A stretch of DNA of 64,000 nucleotides from assembly GCF_011386835.1 (NCBI RefSeq), contig NC_088793.1, forward strand, positions 201,066,001-201,130,000. Direction: 5' to 3'. A program made the position numbers and the translations under genes. Of the stretch, positions 38,072 through 51,081 are shown piece by piece. Source of the DNA: Chrysemys picta bellii (taxonomy: Eukaryota). The notes beneath the pieces are model-generated. The model was given only the letters and a program-made list of their open reading frames with translations, was not told the DNA's origin and ran no database searches. Position 1 is the stretch's first letter. Each line of letters starts with the position of its first letter.

Positions 38072-41000
38072 TTAGTCAGTTTCCTCTTTCACACAGAACT
38101 AGAGGACCAAAGGGGATTTTAAAAAAAAGAGGAAAACGTGATTGTTAAGCCACAAAACTATTTGAACTCACTGGGCTAGATTGTCAATTGGTGTAAACTC
38201 ATTGACTTCAGTGGAGTAAAATAAGTTTAAAGCAGCTGGAGATCTAGCCTTTTTTTTTTTTATTTATTGTGAGCAGATGTCACTTAACTATTGCTATCTA
38301 TTCCAGAGACTATAGTGCAATAACTGGAGAAAGAGACAGAGAACTTAACTTAAAATTTACCCAAATGTACAAAACACCTTCCAACAGATGGGCCAACATA
38401 GCCGTATTCCTGGCTTATTTGGAGAACTGTTCCTTGCAATTTTGTCTTCATTGTTAGCAACCATGTACAGATCCCAGCTGAGATCATGCTTAGTGCTTTA
38501 TTTGATGTGATCTTTCCTTGGTTCCTATATTGACTTTCACTGGTTGGGCCTGCAGTTCGTTCAACCAAGGCTTATGAGTAACTCTTAAGATTTAACTAGA
38601 GTCATTAAACTTAAGAAGACATTTGAGAATAATGTAATTGGTTATGAAGGAATCGCCATACGTGGTGGAAATGCCAAGGTAGAAAAGTAGGTCCCTGTAG
38701 ACATCTTGGAGAACGAACTAAGTCAGCAATTCTCCAAGCCTGCTAAAGACTTCCTCTATCTTCAGGCAGTAATTTGTCTGAAGACTCTAGTAAGGGTCTC
38801 TGCTAAAGGGAACCAGAAAGCCTATGAAAATGTGCTGTACTAATAATATTTTCCATCTGTTCACCCTGAGTCAACAGGCAGGCAATGGTATGTTTAGAAA
38901 CACCTCGAGCAAACTTCTGGGTACATTTTCAGCACTGCGCAGTGTTTTCTCAGCATGGATCTCGTTGACTTTAATGGCAGTTGTGCACTCAAGCCCCATC
39001 ACGACCCTGAAAACTCACTTCCCTTCGTGTGGATCTGAGGGGTTCACGCAACAGTGGAAATTGATTCCATCCTATCCTAAATCCCCAACTCTTTGCATTG
39101 CTTCAGTCAGCTAAAGATAGTGCCGAATCTTCCGTCCCGCACTGCCACTGTCTGTTGGCTTGCAGCAGAGAAATCAAAAATATTGTTGTGTCTTTCAAAT
39201 GTTCCAGGATTCAGAATGATGCTGAAATGCTATAGCAATTATGAAACTGTAAAGGACAGACAGAGACAGGATACGTCTACGCTGCAATCAAAAGGTGTGA
39301 ATTCTGCTTGAGTAGACAGACCTGGGTCAGCTTGAGAGTAGCTAGCACTGCTACAAATAGCAGTGACAATGCAATGGCATGAGTTTCAGTGCAGAATGTG
39401 CAAGACCCACTCAGGACCAGAGACTTGCATTGCTAGTAAAATGAATACACACACACACACACTGTAGCTTCAGATCAGATCTCCCTCTACCACCACTTCT
39501 TTCATCACTTGCAGTGTCACAGGTTCCTCTGACTAGCACACGGTTGCATACTGGGCTTATCAATGATAGGCTTGTTAATTGCACTTTAGCACATATTAAC
39601 TAACACAACTTTAAACTGTAGTGTAGACAAGAAGCAAATGTTTTTTGATTAGTCATGTTTCAACCTAGGGTGAATTATTGGGTTTTTTTAGGGATTTCTT
39701 TGCCTGTGGAATGCTAAAATATGATACATTGTTTGACGGACCCTAGGGATAAACATGACTAGGATCAAATGCTTGTTCCTGGTCTGCACTATAATTTCCA
39801 ATCATGTTTAACACATGTTACCACACAATTAGCAATTGTAGGGTAGACTAAGCCATTGTGGGTAGAGTACATTTGCTTGGCTGTTACCCAGATATTTGCC
39901 TGGCTATTACCCAGACATGTTTCCTCCCGATAATATAATGTGCTAATCAGCCACAGCCTATAGAAGAAGCTATACAGCTGGGGGATTTAAAGGCCCCCTC
40001 CCCTTCCACCTGAGCGCCCCCCCTCCCCCGCAGCTCAGGACCTTGGCCCTGTGTACCAGTAAGTCCCTTAAGTTACTTTCACCTCTGGGTAACAATCACC
40101 TCAGAACCCCGCAGTGTGTGTGGGGACGGGACTGGTAAACCCCACCTGAGTCCATGTGGTCCTATGACTCCCTTCCCTCTCACCTCTTACGCTGCTCCCC
40201 ATGGTATGGTGGGTGGGGCTAGAGAGGAGCCCTTTTCTGCGACACGCAGCCAGGATGTGCTCTCCACTCAGTCCCTGCTCCCAGGGGGCTGCGGGACAGA
40301 CAGCCTTTGCAGGGACTAGATGCGTTCCACCTGTGGTGGGACAGATAACACCCTCCCCCCCACACCAGCTATCAAGAAGGAGTTTTAAAAAAACCCTCCT
40401 GTGGACATAATCAGCCCCAACCATCTGCAGCAGTGTGGCTTGTCAGGCTTGTTGGAGGGGGCTTAAAAGGGAGACTAGCAGAGGAACAGCTTGGATGTAC
40501 AACCAGCCTGTACCTTCTGAGGAGAGAGGGTGGACTAGTTTGTTTTGTCGCAGTCCACAGATCTAATGGTTGGCCTTTAGCCATGCAGGAGGCTTGGAGC
40601 TGAGACTTCTTACGGAGCCGGACAGACTGCTTCCTCTCCTCTTGTGCAGGGGAGAGGGCTGGGTCCCTTGTGGGCTCTGGAACAACGGTCCATTTTGTTT
40701 GGGCTGCTTTCATAGCTCCTCTAAGAGGGTGGACTGGCTAAGAGGTACAGCCAGAAAGCTATAAACCATACCTAGGAGTGGATCACAGGACTGCTGTTGC
40801 CCAGGGAATGCTGTGTGAGGTAAGCGAGGCACCTGCCTTCACACTCCAGGGCGGGACCTCAGGACACAAACTCTGAGGCCACTTCAGAGCTGAAAAGAAG
40901 TCACATCTCCCTAGCTTGACTTTCTGTGTGGAATTTGCTTTGCAGCTGTGATACAATGTGGCCACAAGATTCAAACCTGTGCTTCCTATGCCCACAACAT

Positions 41001-41973
41001 CACTTTAAAATAACAATAACTTACTTTAAATGGAAATTTTTGGAGCCTTTATTTTAAATGGGGAAAATGCTTGGTCTTCCATTAACCACTTGGCAAATTT
41101 GGGATTTGAAAAAGGAAAGCTCTTTGAGTTATATGAGAACCAAAAAAGTCTGGATGCTCTTAATTGACTTTGTGTGTGTTCTATAAAAGTCAAATCCAGC
41201 TGAACCTAAAACATTTTCAAAATCTGTTACCAAAATTTGCTTCCGGGCTTCAATTGTGTGGGCCAAACTTCGGCCCAGAATGAACTTTTATCCTGAAGTT
41301 GATTCAGAAAGGCACAGAAACACATGATTAACTTTAAGCTTTGAAGTCAGTGGGAGTACTCACATGCTCCAAGACAAACAGGTGCTTAAGTGCTTTGCTG
41401 AATTTGTGTGATTAGAAAGCGGCTGTTTCAGACAGAAAGGGAGACTTTTCTTCCTTTCTATTTATGGCAATACAATATCACGAAATGATTTGCTTCCAGG
41501 AAGAGTAAATTCATTTGTCTGGAAAACTAAATATGATCAAATTAAAACACTTCTTGCACAGCAGAATATAACAAATTAACACCCAGGATCTTTCAGTTCC
41601 TAATGGGGCAAAATAGCCTATGATTTAATTGGGAGACTTACTGTTTTCTGGATGAAGACTGGAGAATACAGCCCTTCAGTTTGAATTCCAGAGTGCTCAG
41701 CATGTGTTTAAATGTCAGGATGTACATACTTTCATTGAATGGGTTACTTCAGCAAGATTACTCCTGTGCTGAAAACTTGGTTTAAGCGCTTTGCTGAATC
41801 GGGGCCTTTGATACAGGAGAGTCCAGCTTTTTTCAAATGAAATCATTAAAAGGACCCTAGAGCCAAACCTGAAATTGGCAATGAAGTTAAGTATTTAGAG
41901 AATAGTCCGCGGGATTAAATGAACTGGCAATTCTAGAGAAGATCATCCTTTGTATCAATAAAAGGCATGAAGG

Positions 41974-42177
41974 GGGGAGGGATAGCTCAGTGGTTTGAGC
42001 ATTGGCCTGCTAAACCCAGGGTTGTGAGTTCAATCCTTGAGGGGGCCACTTAGGGATCTGGGGCAAAATCAGTACTTGGTCCTGGTAGTGAAGGCAGGGG
42101 CCTGGACTCAATGTCCTTTCAAGGTCCCTTCCAGTTCTAGGAGATAGGATATGTCCATTTAAAAAAAAAAAAAAAAA
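41974..42177 (+). mobile_element. Turtle tRNA-derived PolIII SINE with CR1 3' tail, full length
   Basis: A box TAGCTCAGTGG (41983-41993), B box GTTCAATCC (42028-42036), CR1-like tail GGTCCCTTCCAGTTCTA and a 17-nt A run. Possible degenerate TSD AAAAGGC(A/T)TG. Confidence 0.9.
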
Positions 42178-42515
42178 GGCTTGGTAGATTATTTTATCGA
42201 GAATATGAATAATTGGGACAGGTGTTGAAGGTGGGCACATACTATGAATCTCAGCCAGAGCCCTTTGAAGCCAATGAGGAGAAGGAAGTCTTCAGAGGGC
42301 TTTCAATATCGGGCAGACTGTGTATGTTCACAAGCGGTTGTACATCTTTGAAAATCTGGCCCTATATGTGAACATCCAAGGGACAGTAGCAGCTCCAGAG
42401 CCTGCCAGTGGTCCACAGCTTGATAACCCATGGGCTATAGGATCAGTATCTCACTTGAAGGTGTGAATAATGTCCATGTCATCTACATCACATCGCCTAT
42501 TGTCTGTAATAAAAT

Positions 42516-43014
42516 TAGGGTGACCATATTTCCGCAAAGGGAAAATGGGACACCGCACGGGGCTGGCCTGAGGCCCCTGCCCCCCCCAGCCCTCTCTGCC
42601 TGCAGCCCTCTCCCCTTTCCTGTCTCCCCCCACCCCCCACCGCTGCCAGCCTGCACGGGGCCAGCCTGAGGCCCCCCTCTATCCTCTGTGCCCGGGGCCA
42701 GCACATGACTCCCTGCTGCCTGCCCAGGCGAGACTGGCCCAGCCCGAGCCGCTCTCCCGAGCCCTCTCTCCCACACAGAGCTGGTGTTGCCACTCCCCCC
42801 TTCCCCCTGCATGTTTCTCCTTGCCCCACTAGGGGTCGCACTCTACTTTTGGGGCAAAATTTAGCGTTTGTCCTGGTAGCTCTTGCCAACGGATGATCCG
42901 TTGGCAAGAGCAAACGGGACAAATGCCCAGTTTTGCCCAAAAAAGTCGGGCCGGGCCGGACAGGGCTTAAAAAAGGGACTGTCCTGGCCAAAAACAGGAC
43001 GTATGGTCACCCTA
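42516..43014. mobile_element. hAT-Blackjack-like non-autonomous element (long form)
   Basis: TIRs TAGGGTGACCATA...TATGGTCACCCTA. TSD AATAAAAT/GATAAAAT (7/8). Confidence 0.88.
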
Positions 43015-45972
43015 GATAAAATAGTTAACCAGACTGATATGTCAGTTTGTAATACTCAGAAAAGACATCTAACCTCCCACTGAACAACTAAAACTGTTTC
43101 CTCTTTACTTCTGAGCAGCAAAAATATCGACCTTTCAAAATCCGATCTGAATTCAGCAAGCCAAAGGAGTGAAACCTTTATGGATCCCCTTCCATGCCAA
43201 TATATTAGTCTTGTTTTTCTCTGCTTAAATTGTAAATTAAAACATAGTAGGTACTTTACTAGTGTTATGTGAAGCTCCCATTTAACTATCTAGCAATTTA
43301 CATATTTAATTTTACTCTTTAAAAGGATGGAGTGTGTCACTTCTGCTTCCTTTGAGTCACCTTACCACTGAGTTAAACTAGGATCCAAATATAATAATTT
43401 AATAAAGCAACACACTAAACCAACATTGACGCTAACCCTGTTTAACCTAAGTTCATGACTAGAGTGTGACTTTATGACCTTCTTGTTCTGGAGAAGCCCT
43501 ATTTCTCCTTATTATTTTATTTTATTTGTCATTGAATGCAATAGGATGATGTCTAAATGGGTTTTTAGCTTCTTTTTTTCCTCCCTCTTTCACTTTTTCC
43601 TTTGCCACTCTGTCACTTTTCAAAACTGCCTGAGCTTTGGAAAAATGACCGAATGGCCAAAGGAAAAATGTAACTCTGCAACTCTTCCAAAGTTGGAGAA
43701 ATTTAAAAATTGGTGAAAAGGAAACTGGAAAAGTTTGTGGGGTGGGGGCATGGGAGAAGGGGGAGAAAGGAGCAATTTAAAATTTTGAAACTTAAAGCTT
43801 TTGTGGGGGCGGGAGACTTTAAAAACTGGGAAATCGTTCTGATTTGAACCTAAGAGATGGAAACAAAATCAGAACTTTAGAATTTTTTCATGAAATAATT
43901 TTTGACTATTTCTGATTGGCAGTGTAAAAGAGCTTCTTCTCACAGCCCCACCAATCCACTTGAACCCTAACCTTGAGAAATTGCCCCTGAGGATGGAAGA
44001 TTACTGTAGTTAAATCTCCCATGCCCATTTGGTCTTCTGCCTTTCTGCTGCGAGTACCAATAAAAAGGCAACTTAGGAGAGTGGGTTTGTAATATGGCCA
44101 CCCAATTGCAAAGAACTGGCCTTAGTCCACCAATTGATTTCAAACGTGGTACGTCTGCCATCACTGGGAATCTTTCTAAAAAGTATGCTCTAGCTCAACC
44201 ACTAGATATGGGCTCAATGTTGGAACGATGCAATGGACTTCTCTGGCATATACTTGTCAGACTAGATGATCATAATAGCCCCTTCTAGTTTTAAAATCTG
44301 TAACCAAACAGCCACCTAATAACGCTGACTTTTATCAGTACCACACTTCAAATGAAAAGTCAGGATGGATTATGAATAGTTTGAGACATCCAGTCACCAG
44401 TTTGATAGCGCGGTCAACAATCTCTTCACTATCTTACATCCTGAGTGCTTCAGAGCACCAAAAATGAAAGAATTCAGATGGTGGAAAATCCTCAGTAACT
44501 CTAGGACCTACGTGCCCAAGGCTGGCACAGTCTTTCCTATGTAGAACCTAGCAAGCTTCTAACACTAACTCTGAACACTTAGGTTTCTCAGTCATATTTG
44601 AGAAACCACCCACAAATTCTTAAGTGTTTCATAGTGGTTGGGTTTTTTTTTTTTTTTCTCCAGGGTAACCAAATGGCATGTGTGGCTTATCCTTATAATA
44701 GACTGGTTGGCCGAAACAAAATTGCATGTGTCTAACAAACAACATATTTTGAAATTAAACGCAATGTATTTTTAAAACTGTCACTTGGGTTTTTTGCTAA
44801 AATTGGCAACAGTAGCACATGCTAATGTCCTGGTCAGCAAAGACATTTAAAATATTGACTTTTTGTGCTCCTCTGCTATTTGCAGCTACAGGTAGCCAAT
44901 GTTTATATTTGAACTCTGTTGATAAAAAGGTGAGATTGGAACCTGGACAACAATATTACAAAGCTGCATGAATGAACTCTTCCAAAGAGGAGTATCCTTT
45001 TTACTGATTACGGGCCACTGTTGGTTTTGTCAGTGGCTAAGAGAAGAAGCGTTAACCAATATTTGCAGCACGTTACGTCCTGTGTGCTTGCTGCTAATGG
45101 TGGCAGGTTTCTGTATTGTAGATCACTGTTCATATAGGGTTATGTGTACTGATGGGTGAACCTCAAAAGGTTTGGGAGGTTCAAGTCAATAATTATAAGC
45201 ATCTGAAAGTCAGAATGTGTATCTGAAGCATAGCATAACCTGAAACCATCTCAGAAGCTCCTAGGTGGAGCCCCTTACTTTCCCCCAGCAATTTGACCTA
45301 TGACAGGAGTCATTAGAGGGAAGATCTGCAGACTACACTGAAGCAGCAGGGTGACTTCCTTTGTGGCATAAGCCAGGAACAGGATGTCTTTGTGGGTCTT
45401 CCTGGACTTCTCCCTCTGACCTGCAGAAGAGATCTTTAGGAAGAAGTTCTCTCAGCTTCTTTGCCAAACAGCAGCAGACGACAACTAGAAGGGGGTGGAA
45501 TGGGGTTTCCCTAACTGCCTTTTCCAGAACCATAGAGAAGATTTGGATTTGGTTCGTGGATGGATGACAATTTGGGATGGGTGCTCTCTGACCCAACCCT
45601 AATCAGGGCCTGGGCCATTATTATGCTGTGCTAAGGGGAGCATCAGTCCGTACTCACATAACCAGACTCTGCATTAGCCCAACCAATCCCAAATAGGCTA
45701 GGCTTGGTGCAGAGCATGGTTTGGGAGTTGAGTAGCTGTATCATGAGAGGGGGAGTGTGTGGTCCTTCATGCATCCTGCCTCTCTACTTCTCCAGTGCAG
45801 AGGTCAAATGGCCAACTGTGGCCATGGGCTGTTGTAAACACTGTGGAAGCAGCAACAGGAGAGTAAGAGGGGGAGGATAAAGATCCACAAAATGACATTC
45901 CCTGTGTCACCAGCTGCTCCTTAAAGCAGCGAGATGCCATACAGAATTATAAATAAATAAATTTCCAATTTT

Positions 45973-46578
45973 ATTGGAATTGGAAAAGGTTCAGAAAAGG
46001 GCAACAAAAATGATTGGGGTATGGAACGGCTTCTGTATGAGGAGAGATTAATAAGACTTCGACTTTTCAGCTTGGAAAAGAGACAGGTAAGGGGACTCCC
46101 TTAGGGGAGATATGACTGAGGTCTATAGAATCATGACTGGTGTAGAGAAAGTAGATAAGGAAGTGCTATTTACTCCTTCTCATAACACAAGAACTAGGGG
46201 TCACCAAATGAAATTAATAGTCAGCAGGTTTAAAATAAATAAAAGGAAATATTTCTTCACACAACACACAGTCAACCTGTGGAACTCCTTGCCAGAGGAT
46301 GTTGTGAAGGCCAAGACTATAACAGGGTTCTAAAAAGAACTAGATAAATTCATGGCGGATAGGTCCATCAATGGCTATTAGCCAGGATGGGCAGGGAGGG
46401 TGTCCCTAGCCTCTGTTTGCCAGAAGCTGGGAATGAGCGACAGGGTGGATCACTTGACGATTACCTGGTCTATTCATTCCCTTTGGGGCACGTGGCACTG
46501 GTCACTGTCAGAAGACAGGATACTGGGCTAGATGGACCCTTGGTCTGACCCAGTAGGGCCATTTTTATGTTCTTATGT
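45973..46578 (+). mobile_element. CR1 LINE 3' portion (PsCR1-like)
   Basis: LELEKVQKRATKMI...[35 protein letters not shown]...[22 protein letters not shown], with an (TTCTTATG) tail at the end. Confidence 0.92.
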
Positions 46579-46797
46579 GAGCATTTCTGATCATGTCTGC
46601 ACTGCGTGAGTATTGAGGTGGCAATGGTCAGTCATGGTTGCATGTCAGCCATACTACTGTCGGGGGGGGGGGGAGGGGCGGATACCTGCGGCCCAGCAGA
46701 CAGTGAGCACAGCCCCTCCCTCTGGGAGTCTCTAGTGCAGGAGGCATGGGGGTGAAGTTCTGATTACAAGGAGCATTGTGCAGTGATATAAACTGAA

Positions 46798-46947
46798 CAG
46801 GGTTGCCTGGGGAGGGGGGGGGGGACAAGTGGGGCAATTTGCCCCAGGCTCCGGGCCCCATAGGGGCCCCCACGAGAATATAGTATTCAATAGTATTGCA
46901 ACTTTTTTTTTATGGAAGGGGCCCCCTGAATCCTCTGGGCAGCCCTG
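46798..46947. mobile_element. hAT (Tip100/MER45-like) MITE
   Basis: CAGGGTTGCC...GGCAGCCCTG TIRs. Perfect TSD AAACTGAA at 46790-46797 and 46948-46955. Confidence 0.9.
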
Positions 46948-49145
46948 AAACTGAATTATACACTCCCTTTGCTTCCCTCAAACAAGGAGAGAATTCTGTT
47001 GCTCTGGATTCTGGAAGGAGTTAAGTTGCAATCTGCATGGAAATTTTGGGTAGCCCTAATTGTTAATAAATAACAAGTATCTTACTTATCCTATAATTTG
47101 TGCTACAGTTAGACTCAGAGGTTCCTACTGAGATGAAGGTCCCATTGTGTAGGGACCATATGTGCACAGAGTAATAGACAACCCCTGACTAATCGACTTA
47201 CCATGGGAATAGATAAGCCAAAGAGAGGAAGTCCTGTTACCTACACACTGGAAAGTGAACCCCAGATTCTCAAAGGTATTTTGGCTCCTCAGTGGCTTGT
47301 CCAAGGTGGTACAGAATGCCTACAGCTCAGGTCTCCAGAGTGGGAACTGTTTGAAGGAGAATTCTTTTTCCACTGTGTGGGGTTTGGACACAGGTTTCCT
47401 GGAGCTTGAAAGGATGCTGTGTTTTAAATGTTTTGCTGTTTAATGGCTTTAGGTTTTTTTTTTTCACTAACCAATGTATGAACTTCTAAAATAAACGGTT
47501 TGCTTTGCGAGCTCTAATGTTGAAGTAGTCGTTCTGGGTCTAATGAACCATGCAGTAAATGACTTTTCCCATCCTCCACCTACAGCTATCATTGGATCTG
47601 TCAAAATGTTTGGGTTTAGTGCCCACACTGAACTACAGTGAAACTATCTTAAGAGACCACTCAAGAGACCAACAAGGTGGTCTTCCCATAAAGGTGGACC
47701 AAAATTACACTCAAGCTAAAAAAGGTGTCATAAAAAGATCAAATTGGACTTGACACCAGCATGGTTTATTTATAAAACCGCTATAAAATAGCATACCTGG
47801 AGTCTCACAATTTTTTCATATGCAGGTATGTCAACAAAAATTAAAAAATCACTCCTATTTGTGGAATATTCCAAAAGTCAAGTCTGAACGTTGCAGCGAA
47901 AGTATCTTTAATTTCTTTTATTGATCCAATAGTGCTAGGTGTTGTTTTGCAGAGCAAACATTGTCAGATTTGAATATTTATTCTCTTCCCCGCAGAGAGT
48001 GTTTAAAATGCACTTCTAGTCATTTCATTCATTTTGTTCCATCCCTATTGTTTTTCAATATTGTGGTGTATTGAAAATTGGTACTGGTCCTGCTTGCAGG
48101 CTAGGGGCTCTGTAGGAAATCATGCAATCTGGGTCTTCTTCAAAGAGCAAAGTGGAGTGAGTTGTGTCTTTTTGTTTTTAGGGAGCAGCCTGCTTTGTCT
48201 CTTTCTGCTTGTGGTGCATTAGCATTCAGGATTGGAAGAAATAAAATAGTGTTATATTGCAACATTCCAGAAAGATAAAAACAAAATACTCTCTTCTGTG
48301 TGTATGCAGTTAACATAACAAAGATCTACAAAATCTGCAGCGGTTCTAGTCTAATCCATAATTTCATTAATCTAAGTAGATAGTTTTGCTGGCATCTAGC
48401 CAGTAACTGACAAGCGATCTCTTATGAACAAGAACCACTTCCATGTGATCTTTGGTTGAGTTAGAAAGGTCAAACCAGAGTGTAATATCAGTCGCATCAC
48501 ATAAATCCAGGGTAACTCCATTAGCTTTGGTGGAATTACACCAGCACATCATATAACTATGATCAGATTTTAGAGGTGGATCTGGAATATTGATAAATTT
48601 ATTATTGGAAAACTCCTTAGGAGGTCTCTGGTACAGGCTTCACTGTTTGCAGAAGTGTATGAAATCTGCCTGAAACGTATTTAATTTTTTTTCTCCATTG
48701 CTATGTAATTTTCTCAGCAATGTTTGTGGGAAATACTTGTTCCTCTGTTTTTGTAGCATTATAGGGAAAATAAAATGGTTGGGGACTAAGATGCTCATTC
48801 TTGGCTAGTCAGTATATTGGATCAGGAAACATTTTATAGCCTACTCTTAAAGGGAAAAACAACAGACATATGCATGAGATAGTGGTACAGGAGTCAGGGC
48901 ACTGGATGGTGGTAAATAAAAGACAGCATAGGTGGATTTTGTCAGAAGTGCCTAGGTGACTTAGGAGCACAGCTCCTATCGGAAAGCTTCCTAAGTCACT
49001 TAGTTGCTTTTGAAAATCTCACTTCCTGTTACTTTTGTGACCAGTCAGCTCAGCTCAAAAGGGTGAAGCAATGCCGAACTCTGTCACGTGATCTTCCGCT
49101 GGTATCAAAAAAAACTTTTAACAGCCATTGCTCGAGACTGCAGAG

Positions 49146-49590
49146 CATAGGTGCCGACACTGTGGGTGCTCCAGGGCTTTAGAACCCATGGAAAAAAAAT
49201 TAGTGGGTGCTTACCACCCGTTGGCAGCCAAGCTCCCCTCCAACGGCTTCTGCCCGCCAGTGGCCCCACCAATCAACACCTCCTCCTCCCTCCCAGTGCC
49301 TCCTGCATGCTGCAGAACAGCTGTTCAGTGGTGTGCAGAAGTCACTGGGAGGGAGGGGGAGGAGTGTGGATGGGGTGCACTCAGGGGAGGGGGTGGGAAG
49401 AGGCAGGGTGGGGGCAGGAAGAGGTATGGCAGGGGTGGTGCCTTGGGGGAAGGGGTGGGGCGGGGCCTGGGGTGGAGTGGGGGTGGAAAGAGGCAGGGCA
49501 AGGGTGAGGGCTTGGAGGAAGGAGTGGAGTTGGGGCGGGCCTGGGGCTTCTTCAAGCACCCTCTGGGTAGAGAGGAAGTCGGCACCTATG
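49146..49590. mobile_element. hAT-like non-autonomous element (CATAGGTGCCGAC terminus) with G-rich interior
   Basis: TIRs CATAGGTGCCGAC...GTCGGCACCTATG. TSD CTGCAGAG/CTACAGAG (7/8). A truncated left end of the same family lies at ~49835. Confidence 0.88.
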
Positions 49591-50382
49591 CTACAGAGCA
49601 AAGCAAGACAATGGACTAAATTCCGTCCCATTCTCTCAACTCTGCAGCTTGATACAAGAATCCTTCTGCTGATCTACTCACATCTTGACCAGAGGTTAGA
49701 TTGACCTAACCATGGTGCTCAGGGTGTGAAACTTGTCTCAGCCCTGAGTGATGTAGCTAGGTTGACCCAATTTAAGTGTAGACTGGCCCTTATTCACTAC
49801 ATGGAATCTGAAGGCCCTAATACGGGCTTGTGTTCATAGGCGCCGACTCCATGGCTGCTCCGTGGCTGGAGCACATGGAGTAAATGGTGCAGCAAGAGAA
49901 GACTCTTCTAGCATGCTGGAGAAAGTCGATTGCTTCGCAGGGCCCCCAGCTTTCCGGCTGTAACTTTCATCGGCCTCACTTCTATCTATAAGAACATATC
50001 GGGGAGGTGCAGTTAGGTGCTTTTGGAGGAGCAGCATTGCAACTATGATCCTGGGGCACCAGTCCCCTTTGAAAGGCAGAGACTTGTGCTCCTGAATCAC
50101 TCAGGTGTTTTTAAAAATCCCACCCTGATTCCATAAGTGTGCACCTTTTAAAGGAGAATCTATCCAAGGAAAATCGCCTTCTTTTGGCTAATGTGATTTA
50201 AGGCCAGATTCATAAAAGCACTTAGGCATTGCAATGCCTAATCCGCAAGTGTTCTTGACGCCCAAGGGGATTATCAGCCCCCCAGAAGATGCCCAGGCAC
50301 CCCATTCAATGCAGGGCAGAGTTAGCCACCTAGGAAAAATGAGAAGTCCTTGTGGCACCTTAGAAACTAACAAATGTATTTG

Positions 50383-50422
50383 GCATAAGCTTTCGTGGGC
50401 TAAAACCTACTTCATCAGATGC
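50383..50422 (-). ncRNA. Minimal type I hammerhead-ribozyme motif (family A Penelope)
   Basis: The minus strand reads GCAT-CTGATGA-A-GTAGG(TTTTAG)CCCAC-GAAA-GC-TT-ATGC: canonical CUGAUGA/GAAA core, stem I GCAU/AUGC, and one A.C mismatch in stem II. Confidence 0.72.
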
Positions 50423-50816
50423 ATGGAGTGGAAAATACCAGAGGCAGGTATAAATACACCTCACATGAAAAGATGGGAGTTGCCTTACCAAGTGTGGGGT
50501 CAGTGCTAATGAGCCAATTCAATTAAGGTGGAAGTGGGCTATTCTCAACAGTTGACAAGAAGGGGTGAATACCGAGGGAGGAAAAATCACTTTTGTGATG
50601 CTAATGAGGCCAATGTAATCAAGGTGGCCCATTTCAAACAGTTGACAAGAAGGGATGAGTATCAGCAGGGGGGAATTAGTTTTTGTAGTGACCCATCCAC
50701 TCCCAGTCTTTATTCAGGCCTAATTTGATAATGTCCAGTTTGTAGATTAATCCAGTTCTGCAGTTTCTTGTTGGAATCATTGGCGCTTCTGGCCAGATAA
50801 ATTTGTTAGTCTCTAA

Positions 50817-51081
50817 GGCCTGGTCTACACTGGGGGAGGATTGATCTAAGTTATGCAAAGTCGACGTACTTAGATCGACTTACCGTGGTGTCTTCACTGC
50901 AGTAGGTTGACTGCTGCCGCTCCCCTGTTGACTCTGCCTGTGCTTCTCGCCGAGCCGGAGTACAGGAGTTGACGGGAGAGCGCTCAGGAGTCGATTTATC
51001 GTGTCTAGACTAGACGCGATAAATCGACCGCCGCTGGATCGATCACTGCCCACCGATCCGGCGGGTAGTGTAGACATACCC
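50817..51081. mobile_element. PIF/Harbinger-like CpG-rich MITE (copy 3) nested in Penelope terminal repeat
   Basis: TIRs GGCCTGGTCTACACT/AGTGTAGACATACCC. TSD TAA at 50814-50816 and 51082-51084, the canonical PIF/Harbinger TWA target. Confidence 0.88.

Noticed and set aside
41974-42050. tRNA gene
   Set aside because: The A and B boxes are the head of a SINE fused to a CR1 tail and an A run. There is no proper acceptor stem.
45361-45567. RNase H-like WFVDG motif
   Set aside because: It is only a 5-residue match, with no other RT or RNase H motifs in frame.
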